The notes below the pieces were generated by a model. It was not told where the DNA came from and did no database searches. It worked only from the letters and a program-made list of their open reading frames with translations. The position numbers and the translations under genes were made by a program. From Macrostomum lignano (taxonomy: Eukaryota), in NCBI GenBank assembly GCA_002269645.1, contig NIVC01000889.1, forward strand, positions 354,696 to 418,695: a stretch of 64,000 bases of DNA. Reading direction: 5' to 3'. Shown in pieces: positions 51,086 to 64,000 of the stretch (positions within the stretch are counted from its first letter, which is position 1; the number at the start of each line of letters is the position of its first letter).

Positions 51086-52424
51086 ACCCCTAGATCTTGT
51101 TAATTTAGAAACACAAGATGTCAATCAAATAAGAAATGCAAATTCATTCAGTGAGAAAACTTTTTAGTCGATTTTCAAGAAAGTTTTACAAGGAAAGTCA
51201 GTCTAATTATAATGAAGTGGCAGCACACTCTCCATACATCATTCCCTTGTATGCAAAAAGTGCAAGTTTTTCTGATGAGGCGGCGTATTGAGAGGAAGCA
51301 GCAAACTTCCCTAAGCTCATCACATCACTCCCCCTCTCCCTTCCCCCTCTCTCTCCCTCTCTTTTTGCGTAGAATTTCTGTCGCACAAAAGGCAAACTAT
51401 AACAACAGCAGCAGCAGCAGCAGTTCATGAGCTAAAGGCTTAAAAAAAAACGTTGGGTCTTCATCAGCTTTACTCTCTCTTTTCTCAGCCTTCCCAGCTT
51501 TGCCTTTTGCTTCTCTTCTTTGCACTCTTTATACGTAGTTATATAGTTCTAGGGGGCGCCAAGCCTATATAATACATAGGTCGCATATTGGCCCACCCTC
51601 TATTATTGCTCAGGGAACTTACGCTCGTATCTAGACAAGGCCAATCCTTCTCTAACCGTCATTCAAATTTGAGACTGACTGAGTATAGTGTGAGATACCG
51701 CCATGCAGTGAGAGAGATTGTGGGACAGAGAGATAATCGATAGACTCTCCCAGCAGCGCCCATGCAGCGAGACAGCGGTTCAATTAAAATCTGTCAGTTT
51801 ACAACCCTCTCCCGTGAGAGTCAATTTTTCTCAAGTCCAAGAAGCTAGCAGCGAATTCGAGCAGGCTGTGCGCAGTGCAATGCAATATATCGAATTCCTT
51901 CACCAGATTTCTAAGGCGGCAGAGAAAAAAATCAATTTCATTTTCTCTGACAGTTTTTGTTGTGAATTTCTGCGCCCGGCTAATCTCTGCCTTGGCTCTG
52001 GCCTGATCCTCTAGCAGTAAAAGTTCAAAGGCGAGCGTAAAATTCCACGCAACTTCGCCTTCTCCTCTAACCAACTCCCTGCAGCTCCTTCCCCGCCTAG
52101 CAACCAGTAAAATCTATCAAATGTCAATTTTCATAAGTCGCAACCGCAGTTCCTCTCCTACCAATCGATAAACTCCTCCTTTCCCTTTGCTGCCAGCTGA
52201 CTCGGAGGTCGAAAGCGAAATTCTAACCGAGTTCAGAGTCTCTCATTATTAATTCAGCTAGGCCGGGAATTAAGCTTTGCCCCAAATCCCAATTAGAATC
52301 CGTGCTAGCATTCTAATGCCTATGCAGAAAGACCTCCACTGACTTCAATTTCGGACTTGGAATGAAAGTATGAAAAAATTACAAGTTTTTAACTGTTAAT
52401 TATGTCTTCAAGATACTTAAATCG

Positions 52425-52668
52425 CTCACCCCTACCTCTCATATCTAGCACTCTATCTCTCACTCCTACCTCTCATATCTAGCACTCTATCTCTCACCCC
52501 TACCTCTCATATCTAGCACTCTATCTCTCACCCCTACCTCTCATATCTAGCACTCTATCTCTCACCCCTACCTCTCATATCTAGCACTCTATCTCTCACC
52601 CCTACCTCTCATATCTAGCACTCTATCTCTCACCCCTACCTCTCATATCTAGCACTCTATCTCTCACC
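52425..52668. repeat. 33-bp minisatellite
   Basis: CCCTACCTCTCATATCTAGCACTCTATCTCTCA, about 7 near-perfect copies. Confidence 0.95.
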
Positions 52669-53439
52669 TATATCCACTCCATCTGACTCTATCTCTCATA
52701 CACACGAGCGTATTTTCTTTTCTATCAAGCTAATTTGAGATGGCTACGTTATCCAACAGCCTCAACACTCCTGTGGCAGACAAAATATTTGAGCGAATTA
52801 TTATTTTTTTCATCTTCTTTTCTAGCCTTGCCCAGAGAAAACTGACGACCTAGAAAAAATGATGACTAAAATTGCTAGAACCAGATCAATCCAGATTGAT
52901 CGACAGAAATCCTATCCTTTAGTGGCGACGCGACAAATTCCCAAGTAAAATGAATCCCCCAAGGCAGAGCAGCTCCTCGCGCATTCGTTATTAGTCGTTA
53001 GGATCATCTCCACATCAAACATTGCTACATCAAATTCGAAAATGTTCTCGGATTTTCTGAGCTTAAAAATTCGGAAACTGGAATGAACCGAGGCATCAAG
53101 TCTAAGATCTTTGGTTCTCACGAGAAGTTTGAGCAGTTCGGGGCCTCGAGTCAACAGATCGATGCCCACTTAAAGCAAACTGCTAGATCGAGGATAGAAA
53201 CAAGTCTGAAAATTGTTCGAAACCGAAGAAAGTGTGTCATTTGCTTTAGAGTACTTTTGGCTTCCAAATTGCTCTTTTTAGTTGTAAGTTAGTTTTGTTT
53301 AGCCAAGTTTACGAGATAGTTTAGAGTATTCTGCATGCACAGCTTTAATTTTTCGAGGTTTGTCTGAGAAGTTCTGTGTACTCGTATTTTGTTATAAGTT
53401 TTGTGGCTCAGGAAGTTGCACACTCTTTCGAGTGAAGAG

Positions 53440-54010
53440 TCTCCAAATATGCACCCTCAGCCTCCAGACTTCAGGCCTCCTGGCTCATTGTTCATCGCAG
53501 TGACGATGCTTTTCTTCTGTAGGCCCTCATCGATTCCTTGATGCGAGGAAAAAGGAGGAAGTCGAAAGGACTGACGTCCGGGTAGTACGGCGGATGCGGA
53601 AGAATTTCTAGCCATCCTTGATGACTCGATGATGCAGGCCTCTTGTCACGAATGGCCCTTCAAACCTTCACAATGACTAACAAGTAGAAGTCGCCATTCA
53701 CCGCCTGCCCTGCTGGCACTGGCTGGTTCAAGCGGCAAACTCTTGACGGTCAACGAAGGTGATGCGCTTGATCTTCAGCTGGGCCATGGACCGAGCGACC
53801 TCCCATCGATTCCGATGCTTCTTGCGCTTGATCTTCAGCTGGCCCATGGACCGAGCGACCTCCCATCGATTCCGATGCTTCTTGCGCTTGATCTTCAGCT
53901 GGGCCATGGACCGAGCGACCTCCCATCGATTCCGATGCTTCTTGCGCTTGATCTTCAGCTGGGCCATGGACCGAGCGATCTCCCATCGATTCCGATGCTT
54001 CTTGCGCTTC
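53440..54010 (-). mobile_element. Degenerate mariner (Tc1/mariner) transposase fragment
   Basis: Minus strand, with shifts and stops: ARSMAQLKIKRITFVD ... PVPAGQAVNGDFYLLVIVKV*RAIRDKRP ... QGWLEILPHPPYYPDVSPFDFLLFPRIKESM ... AEGAYLE, matching mariner motifs K.MLITFFD, GQTVN..YY, HPPYSPDLAP.DF.LF, GDYFE. Confidence 0.85.
53762..54008. repeat. 60-bp tandem repeat (about 4 copies) inside the mariner relic
   Basis: GCGCTTGATCTTCAGCTGG(G/C)CCATGGACCGAGCGACCTCCCATCGATTCCGATGCTTCTT, nearly identical copies. Confidence 0.97.
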
Positions 54011-54879
54011 TAGCTTAACAGATACGCTCGTAGTCTGTTATCCGTTACAGCCCGTTTCTGTTATCCGTTACAGCCGACCGAATGAAGTTACTCGTACAAG
54101 TAGTTGAGGTAAAAAGCAAATTCTCGGTCTAATTTGGAGCGCAGCTCCAGACCCAGAAATAAAACCAGACTCTAATTTTGAGTCTGGATCGTCAGCACAG
54201 TTTTCAGCCATTCCTTTCCTCTCAAAGGTGTCGCTATATGGGCATAAAACTGGGAACTGTCTTCCAGCAACTCATATTCATATTCCCAATATTCACATTC
54301 TGCCTGCTTGACTTCCTCACCCGGCCTTTCATCCCCCCGCTCCTAGAAGAAGGAAAAGTCTCCCCCCCACTCTCTCTATCTCGCTTCGTTTTTTAGACCA
54401 AAGCACGCAGAGAGACGGAGACACGGGAGTGACAGGGAGGGGCATCTATCTTCATCATAAAACTCTCGGCTTACTTTTGCAGAAAATCAGCGAGCCATCA
54501 TTATTATAGGCCATGGGAGAATTCAGTAGAAAATCAGAGAGTTCGTCTTTTCCTCACGCACTCGTAGGACCGTCTGCGTCCTGACGAGAGGAATCCATGC
54601 CGAGTGTTACAGCCGGTGCTGGATGCTGGCCTTCTGCACATGATTCCTTCGATCCCATCAGCTAAGCTGCTCGGGAATTAACATTGCCGAACCTTTCCTG
54701 TCTTCTTTGCTACTCGCATTGCATTCATCGGCTGATTCTGTTTCGGTTGCTTGGTCTAAATATAGACTGACGGCAAATTATACTGCATTATCCTTTGATG
54801 CTTTGATCTTCTGACTGCGTGGCGAGAGCAATGCTGGCTGTTAGTGCTTGCTGGGTGGGGCTTTTGTGTCTTAGTGAAG

Positions 54880-55210
54880 TACCTTAATATAAATATTCGA
54901 AGGACGGATGTGGGGCGCCCTGGTGCAACATCTTCGGCAACATTATTCTGCCCATTCCGCTGACTCCTCCTGAGCACATGCAGGAGCGCCAATACTGTAC
55001 GCTCACACAGGGTGCACAGCGGCCCTCACTTTCTAATCATCACGCATGTACACTCTCTGTGCCTTGGGGGTTGGCACTCATGGCTGCGAATCGCAAAACA
55101 ACCCCAAGGCCAATTTTCGTGCACACAAGCCCCAAATGAGTGTGGCCGCGCAGGGAATCGAACCAGGGCCCTGGTGCGAGAGTCAGACAGGTTTGAGCTG
55201 CTCTGCCCCC
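54880..55210 (-). mobile_element. tRNA-derived SINE
   Basis: Minus strand GGGGCAGAGCAGC...GGTTCGATTCC (B box), then GCCAACCCCCAAGGCACAGAGAGTGTACATGC...GGGCCGCTGTGCACCCTGTGTGAG...GCTCAGGAGGAGTCAGCGGAATGGGCAG, matching the SINE at 56575. Confidence 0.75.
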
Positions 55211-55221
55211 TGAATTAATGC

Positions 55222-55562
<341 letters not shown>

Positions 55563-56574
55563 CACTTCATATTACAGCAGTTTTAAGACTTTTGGTTTTA
55601 GACACGAATGTCGATTTTCGTGTGAAATGAGCAGCTACCTGCACTTTTAAATTCCACGTTTGATAAAGTAATCTGAGGAAAGAATGGAAGGGGTCTGTTT
55701 TTAGCTAGCGAAATCAACTTAGTCTCAATTTACCTAATTACGATTTCGATGCATTGTTTTGAGCTGTTCAGTCAGTCGATGCAGAATTGATTACAGATAA
55801 ACAGGGTCTCAACTGGACAGTTTTGAGTAGCCAGCTAGCCAGCTATTGTTCATGAATATTCATATCATTTCTAACAACTTTCATAATTCCATAGCTAGTG
55901 CTGACGGTTTTTAGCTTGGGAGACTTGAGCTTCAGACAATGTTCTACTCAGCACACGCAAGTCTAAGGCTCTGTCTCTATTCCCTATTGGCATTTCAGGC
56001 TGATCCGCATTCTGCTGAGGCAGAAGCAGAGAGAGAGAGAGGTAGAGAAGAGAAAGCAGAAAGACTCCCAAGTGCCGTTTCCTCGCTAGCACCTCTAATT
56101 TATTTCTGGCCCAATAATGTCAAGAGTAATTTGCTGGATTTTTAGCTACTGTTTCTCCCAGCCTGTTCCGCCGTCTCTTTGAGTCTTTGCTCGAGGATTT
56201 GCGAGGAAAAACCAACTTTGCGACACAGTTTGTAATTTCCGTTGGCTTGGCTTGACTTGGCCCGGAATGCTGAACCTAAGCTTCTTAATTTTGAGTTCTA
56301 ATTGTTTTCAGCTAGCTAGAAAAAAATCTTGCAAGCTAAAAAAGTTGGTGTAATTAACTAATTTATTTACTTCTTACATTTTTAGCAGTATTTCTTATGA
56401 AAATTTATGTACATCAATGGACATTAGTCAGTATAGCATGGAGTTAGGAAATAAAAGGCTATTTATTTACGAAAATGTTAATTAAAACTTCCTGGAAAGT
56501 AAAAAAAAATAAAACTCAGTGTTTTATCACTGTAGGCTCTGAAAAGACAAATAAACACACCATAGGGTTAAATA

Positions 56575-56933
56575 GGGGGCCGTAGCCCAGCGGTAGCGCA
56601 GCTGCTCTGGTGTGCCAGCGACCCAGGCTCGATTCCAAGTGCAGTCACATTAATTTGGGGCTGAATTGGAATCTCGGCTTGGCTCTGCTCGTGCAATTAA
56701 CGGCCTTGAGAGCCAACCCCCCAAGGCGCAGTGAAGTGTACATGCCTAACGATAAAATAAAGTTAGGGCCGCTGTACACTCCTGTGTGAGTGTGTGCCTG
56801 CGTACGTATCCGCGCGCTTGTATGCCTGCTCAGGGGAGTCGGCGGAATGGGCAGTAATGCCTCTCGCCGGTTGTGTGCCTATGTCGCTTAAAGTGCGCCA
56901 GGGTGCACACAACCCCCCTGCCTCTAATAAAAA
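56575..56933 (+). mobile_element. Full-length tRNA-derived SINE with 13-bp TSD
   Basis: GGGGGCCGTAGCCCAGCGGTAGCG (A box), GGCTCGATTCCA (B box), shared SINE tail and A-rich end; flanked by ATAGGGTTAAATA at 56562-56574 and 56934-56946. Confidence 0.85.
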
Positions 56934-57849
56934 ATAGGGTTAAATATGAAGCTATTTGTTTATAATCCTGTATTAAACGCGTTTATTGCATAATATGCCG
57001 ATTTTATTTATTTAAGTTGTTTACATTTGCTTCGGACGAACCTAAATTTTTTATTCGTTTTGAAGAAACATTTACCATTGCAATAGGCGTTAATGAAAAA
57101 ATCTTAGATATATAATTCTTCTCTCAGCTCAGTGGCCCTTTGCCGATTTTTTTGCTTACTCTTCCTATCTTTTGTTGCTGTTCGTCCTGGTGCCTGGCTC
57201 GGACGACACCAAGGCTGCTATTTTCTTGATATTATTAAAATAAGAAATCCAATAAAAATATTGCATTTAATAATATACCGAATATATTTGCATCCGTATT
57301 AGCATATTGTGTCAATTAATTAATATTCAATAGTTCGATTGAATTAAGCACAAAATAAGTTATATTCAAGTGAACTTGACTTTACTGGAGCATGCAAAAA
57401 TTTTAACAAAAGCAAATTTAAATTGATCACAGCTAACATAAAATAATTAAAAAATTCACAGAGTATGGGACTTATTACATAACCATTTTCACGTACTGAT
57501 TTTAATGTTGCAAAAGTACATTTTAAACATAACAATAGCTATTCAATAAAGTCCAAAATTGTAAATTTAAAACGCCCCCTATAGCAGAAAAATCAATTAG
57601 AAAGTTGAGAGAAATTTTAATTCTGTAAATACAGGTAAATAGAAATAGAAGTCAGCTCAAGGACTTAACAATTAACAAGTAAAAGGAATTGGACAGAGAT
57701 TAGGAAAGTTTGTGAGGGAGCTAGACAGACTGATTCGTTATCAAATTATTAGAGGTAAAAAGCAAGGAAACGAGATGGTGGAAAGGAGATAGATTAAATA
57801 GAATCTATCTATCTCTAGAGGGGAATAAATAAAAGAGAAGAAAGAATGA

Positions 57850-58200
57850 GGATGAAGCGGGTAGGGAGATGAAGGGAGGGAGATGAAGGGAGGGAGATGA
57901 AGGGAGGGAGATGAAGGGAGGGAGATGAAGGGAGGGAGATGAAGGAAGGGAGATGAAGGGAGGGAGGTGAAGGGAGTGAGATGAAGGGAGGAAGATGAAG
58001 GGAGGGAGATCATGGGAGCTGGGAGCTGAGGGAGAAAGATGAAGGGAGGGAGATGAAAGGAGGGAGATGAAAGGAGGAGATAAAAAAGGATGAAGGGAGG
58101 GAGATTATTGAAGAAGACGGAGGGACGGAGATGAAGAGAGGGAGATGAATGGGAAGGAGATGAAGGGAGGGAGAAAAAGAAAGAGAGATGAATGGATGGA
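57850..58200. repeat. Purine-rich 14-bp repeat
   Basis: GATGAAGGGAGGGA units. Confidence 0.9.
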
Positions 58201-59256
58201 GATGCATTGAAAGTGAGCAGAGTGTAGCAGATACAGATTTAGTGTATAGGTTAAAAATAGAATAATTCCAGACTTTAAAGAAAACGCCACAAGTAGCAAA
58301 TAGCTATTGAAAAAATTAGACTTGCAGAAATATCAATGTTAGCGGCAAACTTTGAGATTAAAATTGAACTGCTCATAATTTATGTACATTGTTATGAATC
58401 GCAAGGTAGTTTTAATGCAGATGTGAACAGTTTATCAAAAAAACAAATATGAACTGACTTGCTGAGCTGTAGTTAAATGAATACAAATTAAAAACAGTTA
58501 AAATTTGACAAATTGTAATTACAATATAGGATTATCGGCGCTAGTTAACGGATTTGAAATATAAATAAAATTTGCAATAACAATAGAATAATTTGGTAAA
58601 TCACAAGACTGCAGACAAGTTGAATTTCTTGTGTCTGTGTTAAACACAATCAGACAGTCGGTAAAGTACAAAGTGCTGTTCAATGCTTTTTTCTACTTGA
58701 GCCAGTCACTGCGGATTTCCAAACTGCTACAGACGAACCAACAGTAATAGAGGGCATGAAGTCGCTGCTAATGGCTCCAAGTGAACCGTTGTCAAGCATC
58801 AGAAATGCATCAATGATCCCGAAACCCGATGGGGCTTTTAAACTTCTTTGTGGTCTTACGCATGTCGAACAGAAGGACTTCCGAAGGCGTTGGTTATGTA
58901 TTTGCAGAGACAATCCTTAGCTTTGCAAAATGTATTCAGTCCAATACGAAAGATGCCCCTTTTTCAATAGTAGGTTCTTTAGTCAGACTTAATCTTCAAA
59001 AATTAATAGTAACTTTCGATTTTTGCGTAAAGATTTAGAACATTCGAGTGCCATGCGATAATCGCGCGTTTTGGTAGGAAAAATGTATGATTTATTACCA
59101 CTCCACTTTACGATCTACTTAAGAAGTTCTTAAGAAAAGTCAGAGCGAATGGACCTGAGACCTGGCATCCGCTGAGACAACAGTGCTCAAAGATCACCCA
59201 AAACACGGTCCCTTTGTGTTCAGTGCCCATGCAACTTCGGGTCACCAGCTGATCCG

Positions 59257-62200
59257 TCAGTCTCTCTCACGCCTTGTCCGCCTCCCCGTGTCGATCTTGA
59301 CAACCAGCACAAGATAGTAGAGCCAATAGAAACAGTTGTACAGCAGGAAGCAGGCCGGGAACAGGAACCGGCTGTAGGCGTCGATGTCAGAGTCCGGCGA
59401 GGGCACCGGCGAGGCCGTCTGAGCGGCACCGCCTCCGCTGGCGCCTTTGCCGCCCTCCTCTACGCTGACCACCAGAAGGTCTTCGAGCTCCTCTGGGAAA
59501 CCCGGATAGCCATGCGCGTTGCCGGCGGAGGCTACGGCGGCTGAGCCGGAGTCGGCAGGCCCGGTGGCGGACCCGGATGACGGCGAGTCGCTGGAGTTCC
59601 GAGCGAACCACGCAGCGAATCTCCTGCTGCCAGTTCTCCATTTTGGTTCGACGGGCGCGGAATGAAGCGACGGCGAATTCGATCAGGGCGCCGATGACGA
59701 ACATGATGCTGGCGATGATCCAGATGTCTATGGCCTTGATGTACGCCACTCTGGTGGAGGAGGTATTGGGAGCTCTTAGCATCTGTGTGTTTGCATTGCG
59801 ATTCGAATGATGGGTCGAAGTCTTCCAAATGAGATGAATAGCCTATTTTATTAGCCTCTCAGAGCATGTAGATGAATTTATGCGATGTATTATAATGTCT
59901 CAACTATAATCAATTAATAGTATTAACATTCCATCTCCAAATTTATGCAAATTAGTGCTGAAAAAGATTTTAATATCTTAGTTCAATTTTCAGACTCCGT
60001 CATCAGCTCATAGCCGATTTCCTTGCAGATTGTTGTGAATCCAGGGCCCCCGAAAGAAGAGCTGAACTGAATTCCCCTAGACCGAGCCGACGAGTGCCCT
60101 CATGCAGAATTCCCCATCAAGTATTCGAGTGAGTGGCTGCGTCGGGACTGCACCGTTCCCTCCTCTCTCCCCTACTCCTCTTGGATTCCTCAAGCCAAGA
60201 TTTTGCAGTCCCTGCCAGTTGGTCTCTCCGCGGGTTTCCTGCTTCCAGGCAGGCACAGAAACTTGGATAGCCGCCCCTAGAAGTCCTTCGTTTCTCTCTG
60301 TCTCTCTCTCCTCTCTCCTCGGCATTTCGGAATCGGAATTCGGGCTCTGGGGTGCCGGTGGGGCTGAGTTAGAATCGCAGGCCAGCATAGACTTCAGTCG
60401 AAATGTCGCTTTCTGAGAGAGCTGAACTACCTTCGACTCATTTTCTCTACTCCCTCCCGCAGCCGTGCAGGCCACTGCTAACTCCACTCCTCGCTATGTC
60501 TAAAACTCCCCCTTTCAGATTCTCTCCCTCCGCTGTTCCTCAAACCTGCGTTGAGTTCAAACTCCCCTCACACAGTCCAAGAAACGAGGTGGAGGGACTT
60601 CGGTCGAGGGTGGAAAGGGGGAAGATTTGAGACAGCGGGAGTCGCAGGCAGAGTCTCTGGAGAGCCGCTGACAGGATGACAAGAGTGAGTAGTCGAGGAT
60701 TTTGTTTTGGTCAGGAGAGGCTCAACGTGAGATCGAACCGTACCTCAATTCAAACTGAAAATTTCCGGCCTCAACTGCCACTCTCCAGCCATGATAACGC
60801 CTCTTCGGAATGCCAATTCTTGTAGAATCAACAAATATAAAAGCTCAAAATCTGACAACATCCCGTTTTTTAGCTCAAGACGTCAAGGCTTCTCTTGTTG
60901 TTGCCATTGGACACGATGCAGCTGCTATAGCTAAAATGTTAAACACTGGGTGAAGGGACTTTGGCAGAGCTATGGGCAGGGCAGAAACGATGCATCGGCA
61001 TCAGCAAGTGAGTTATCGATCTGCTGTGAGCTGTCGTCAGCTCAGGCAGTGAGGGAGAAGACACTGAGGGAGTGAGTAGGCGGAGCTGGAGGAGAGAAAG
61101 ATGGGAGCGAGAGAGAGAAAAGAAACTACAAAGCAGCATCCAGTAATTTTCAAAGCAACGATGCATCCCACGGCGCTATTAGCAATTTTAGGCCCTAATA
61201 ATGAAGGCCGAAATCAGTCAAACACGACAGGAGGCTCAGAAAGTAGCCGAGTCTACTCCTGACTTGCTGGAATGTTTACAAGGCTGATGAAATGTACTTT
61301 ATTTGTTGTGCATATACATCCGCAGATTCGTTGGATCCGATTATTTTTTGGCGAAAATTTTCCACTCCTGTAAACGAGAAGAAACAAGGCAGTTTTCTTG
61401 GCAAGATTCGGCCAGCCAGGGCTGCATGGTCAGGAGGTTGGGGGCGAAGGAGGTGAAGCCACGGGCCGGGGGAAGGCTGACGAGCTGACGAGCCGCTGCA
61501 TGTCACATCCGCTTGACAACAGGGAGATCAGCCGGGGCGTCAGAAACAGCTACAACAACAGCAAAAGCAGAAGAAGCAGAACCAACAGCAACACCTAGAA
61601 GACTGGCAGAACTGTTCCTTGCCGCAACTCTCGCAATGCGCCTTCTTGCTTGGAGAACGGTATAAGGGGACAGTGAAAAGAGGCAGGGGGAGAGGGCGTG
61701 GCTGATTGAGCCCGGGAGATACAGAGCCGCTGCAGTTGAAAGGCCTGTATAAACAGAGCCCCCGGGTTCCCCTAGTTGGTCGTCCGGTCCATCAGGAGTG
61801 CGATTCTGTGAAAAAAGGGAAGCTGCTTTGCTTTGCCGAGACATGCAGGGGCAGCGAGAGAGAATTTAAAAAAGAGGAATACAGACGCGGAAAAATATAC
61901 AGACAGGGACCTTGGAATGGAGAGAAAGTGTAGGCGCACTGTTTCAGTTTTCGGAACTGGAACAGCTGCCGCTGCCTCAACTGATTGCCTCAGGGGGTAA
62001 GGGAGCTCTTGCTCTGGTCCGAGCTGACCACTGAGCTCAAAACCTTTCAGCCCTTCCCCCAGCCAAGAAAAGAGATTTTCTTTTATAAAGCGAAAACACT
62101 TTAAAACGGTCTTTTTCCTATTTTCATAGAAACTGGCATGCAGTTACTAAGCTGACTTGGGCGAGTCGGCCGAGTGGGGACTCGAGAGCGCGGGGGGTTC

Positions 62201-64000
62201 TCTTCCACTTCAATCCAATTCCGCTGCTGCGTCAGCTCGAGAATGAGCATTCCCAGAGAAGCAACTTTTCTCTCTCTCTCTCTCTCTCTCTAAGGCCGGT
62301 TAAACACGCATCTCCTTAGGCTAAGCGGGCAGTCAGAGAAACTGGGAGGGAAAGCACTGCCAGCCTGGGGTCAATCAGGCTGAAAGCTGGACCCTGAATG
62401 TGAACAAGAGTGGACGGGAGTGCTGAGTCCACATTGTGGTTGTGTGTGTACTGGGGGGGGGGGGGAAGTTAGTTGATGCAGTGGAAAATCAGAGGGAAAT
62501 TTGTCGATTGGTCCGAAATTCGACAAATAACTTCAGAATTCGGCTCTGGTTGGAACTTGCGTCGCTCTCTTTCCTAGCTCGCTGTGTTTGCACAAACTCC
62601 CGGATAGCAAACTCAAAAAGACGGTTGTTCTTCATCTTTTACTTCTTTCTGTCTCTGTCTTTTCTTTTGCTTTTCATGCCAGCCTCCTTGGCACGTATTT
62701 TTGGGACTTTGGTGAATCAACAAATCATTTAGTATTTTCGGGTACGTGATGCCTTGCATAGAAAATGAAGAAAGAATTTTTTGAGCAGCATCCACCATCA
62801 CATATTTAACTTTCCGCATGCAGCTCAATACCCGAAGTCACTGCTCAGACTGTGATAGCAAAGTTTCGATCTTCTTGGTAATTTCTCTCCAAACTTGATA
62901 TTTTTTATCGTCTAAAGCCCCTCCTAGAGTCTAAGACTCAGTCAACCGCATCATCATTTCTCAGCTGAATCCTTTTTTCCAGTTCTTGGTTATGCAAAGT
63001 AGGCGGCTGGTTTGCGAGATTTACGGCCGAGACGTGGCCAGATGATGAGCAGAGAGGCAGCGACAATACGTCAAGGATATGGAATGAGCATCGGGATACG
63101 ATCCCACGGGCTCAATTTTCCCTAGAGGGATGGACCCTCGTCTCCTGACTAGTCTCACCTGGGCAAATTTCCCATCACGGTCGAAGCCTGAGTGAGAATG
63201 CCCAGCAGATGAGCAGTCCAGAGTCACCCTGGCGGGCACTGCTCTGTTGACCAGAAGTTCAGCCAGCTGACTGTCACGATGAGAGAAGGTGATGTAGGTC
63301 CCAGCAAGGTAGCTGCTCGTCAGCTGCCTCTCCAGTTTGAACTCCGCCTTGGGCAGCGTAGGCGCCAGTGCTGGTGGCGCTGCCTTTGGTGCAAGTCGAT
63401 CGGTCTTTGCTTTGCCGGGGCGTGTTGAACTCGGCAATCTGCATTGAAGTGTCCAGCTCCACCGGCTGTTTGTCCTTGTCCTGCTTCCACTTGAACAGCA
63501 GATTCTTGGTTGTGTAACCGTAACTGCCGATGTTGACGAAGCAGTTCTGTATGTCCATGGGGAATGTCTGCAGCTGCATCTGGCAGGAGAACTTCATGGT
63601 GATCTTCTGCGAGTACAGGATGTCACCGTTCGGACGCCACTCGGATTAGATAATTTGGCTGCGTCATCTTGTGCAGGTAACCCTCTTTTCCGTTGCGAAG
63701 AAAAGATCTGGCAGCCACAGCTGCTCCTTCTTGGCCGGTATAGCGATGGAGTCATTGTAGAACTTGAACTGCGGATATTCTCCCAGCTGAGCCGGTGATC
63801 GCGCCAGAACTGCCTCAGGTACATGTCCAGAGCTGAACTCCATATTTGTCGACCTTGTTGATGCTGAGAATTTTCATGTTCACGTCGACTTTAGTCGGCG
63901 CTCAAACGGTTTTCCACCTTCAACCAGCGGCGGCTGCGGCTTGCCTCCCATCGTATCAAAAACTTCCACTGGCCGCTGGTGCTTGTTGTAGTTGGTGAAG
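59257..64000 (-). CDS. Cys-loop ligand-gated chloride channel subunit (GluCl/glycine-receptor-like), frameshifted in this sequence; 5' end beyond right edge
   Basis: Exon >64000-63159, read across shifts: YNKHQRP, VDVNMKILSI, MYLRQFWRD.RL, LWLPDLFF, Cys-loop SCQMQLQTFPMDIQNC, KAEFKLERQL, VSWLNFW, AVPARVTL, LLGILTQ...NLPR|gtgag. Exon 59750-59257 (ccag|A GTG): VAYIKAIDIW..EFAV (M3), IDAYSRFLFPACFLLYNCFYW (M4). PAR motif indicates anion selectivity. Confidence 0.88.

Noticed and set aside
61500-61710. Gln-rich + strand stretch inside the chloride-channel intron (possible nested gene)
   Set aside because: Short, no supported splice structure or homology, and in a region of doubtful base accuracy.

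Overview
This is eukaryotic genomic DNA with spliced genes, GC-rich Ala/Pro-rich exons and introns full of micro- and minisatellites. The style and gene content suggest a free-living flatworm such as Macrostomum (inference only). I reconstructed six protein-coding loci by hand from GT-AG boundaries and exon phases. (1) A BCL11-family zinc-finger gene (minus, ATG 14339, runs off the left edge). (2, 3) A tandem pair of full-length ionotropic glutamate receptor-like genes (18777-25613 and 29177-35338) with altered gate and ligand motifs and patchy near-identity suggesting gene conversion. (4) A BTB-BACK-Kelch gene. (5) An 874-aa single-ORF protein built from up to four LRAT/permuted NlpC-P60-like repeats lacking the catalytic cysteine. 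(6) A Cys-loop anion channel (GluCl/GlyR-like) with about ten frameshifts, running off the right edge. Mobile DNA includes a foldback-like element with 160-bp tandem arms, a solo LTR with a 4-bp TSD, three tRNA-derived SINEs sharing a 3' tail, a mariner relic with an internally amplified 60-bp unit, and probable Penelope-like and LINE relics. Most ORFs in the supplied track are artefacts of repeats or antisense frames. No database searches were run.
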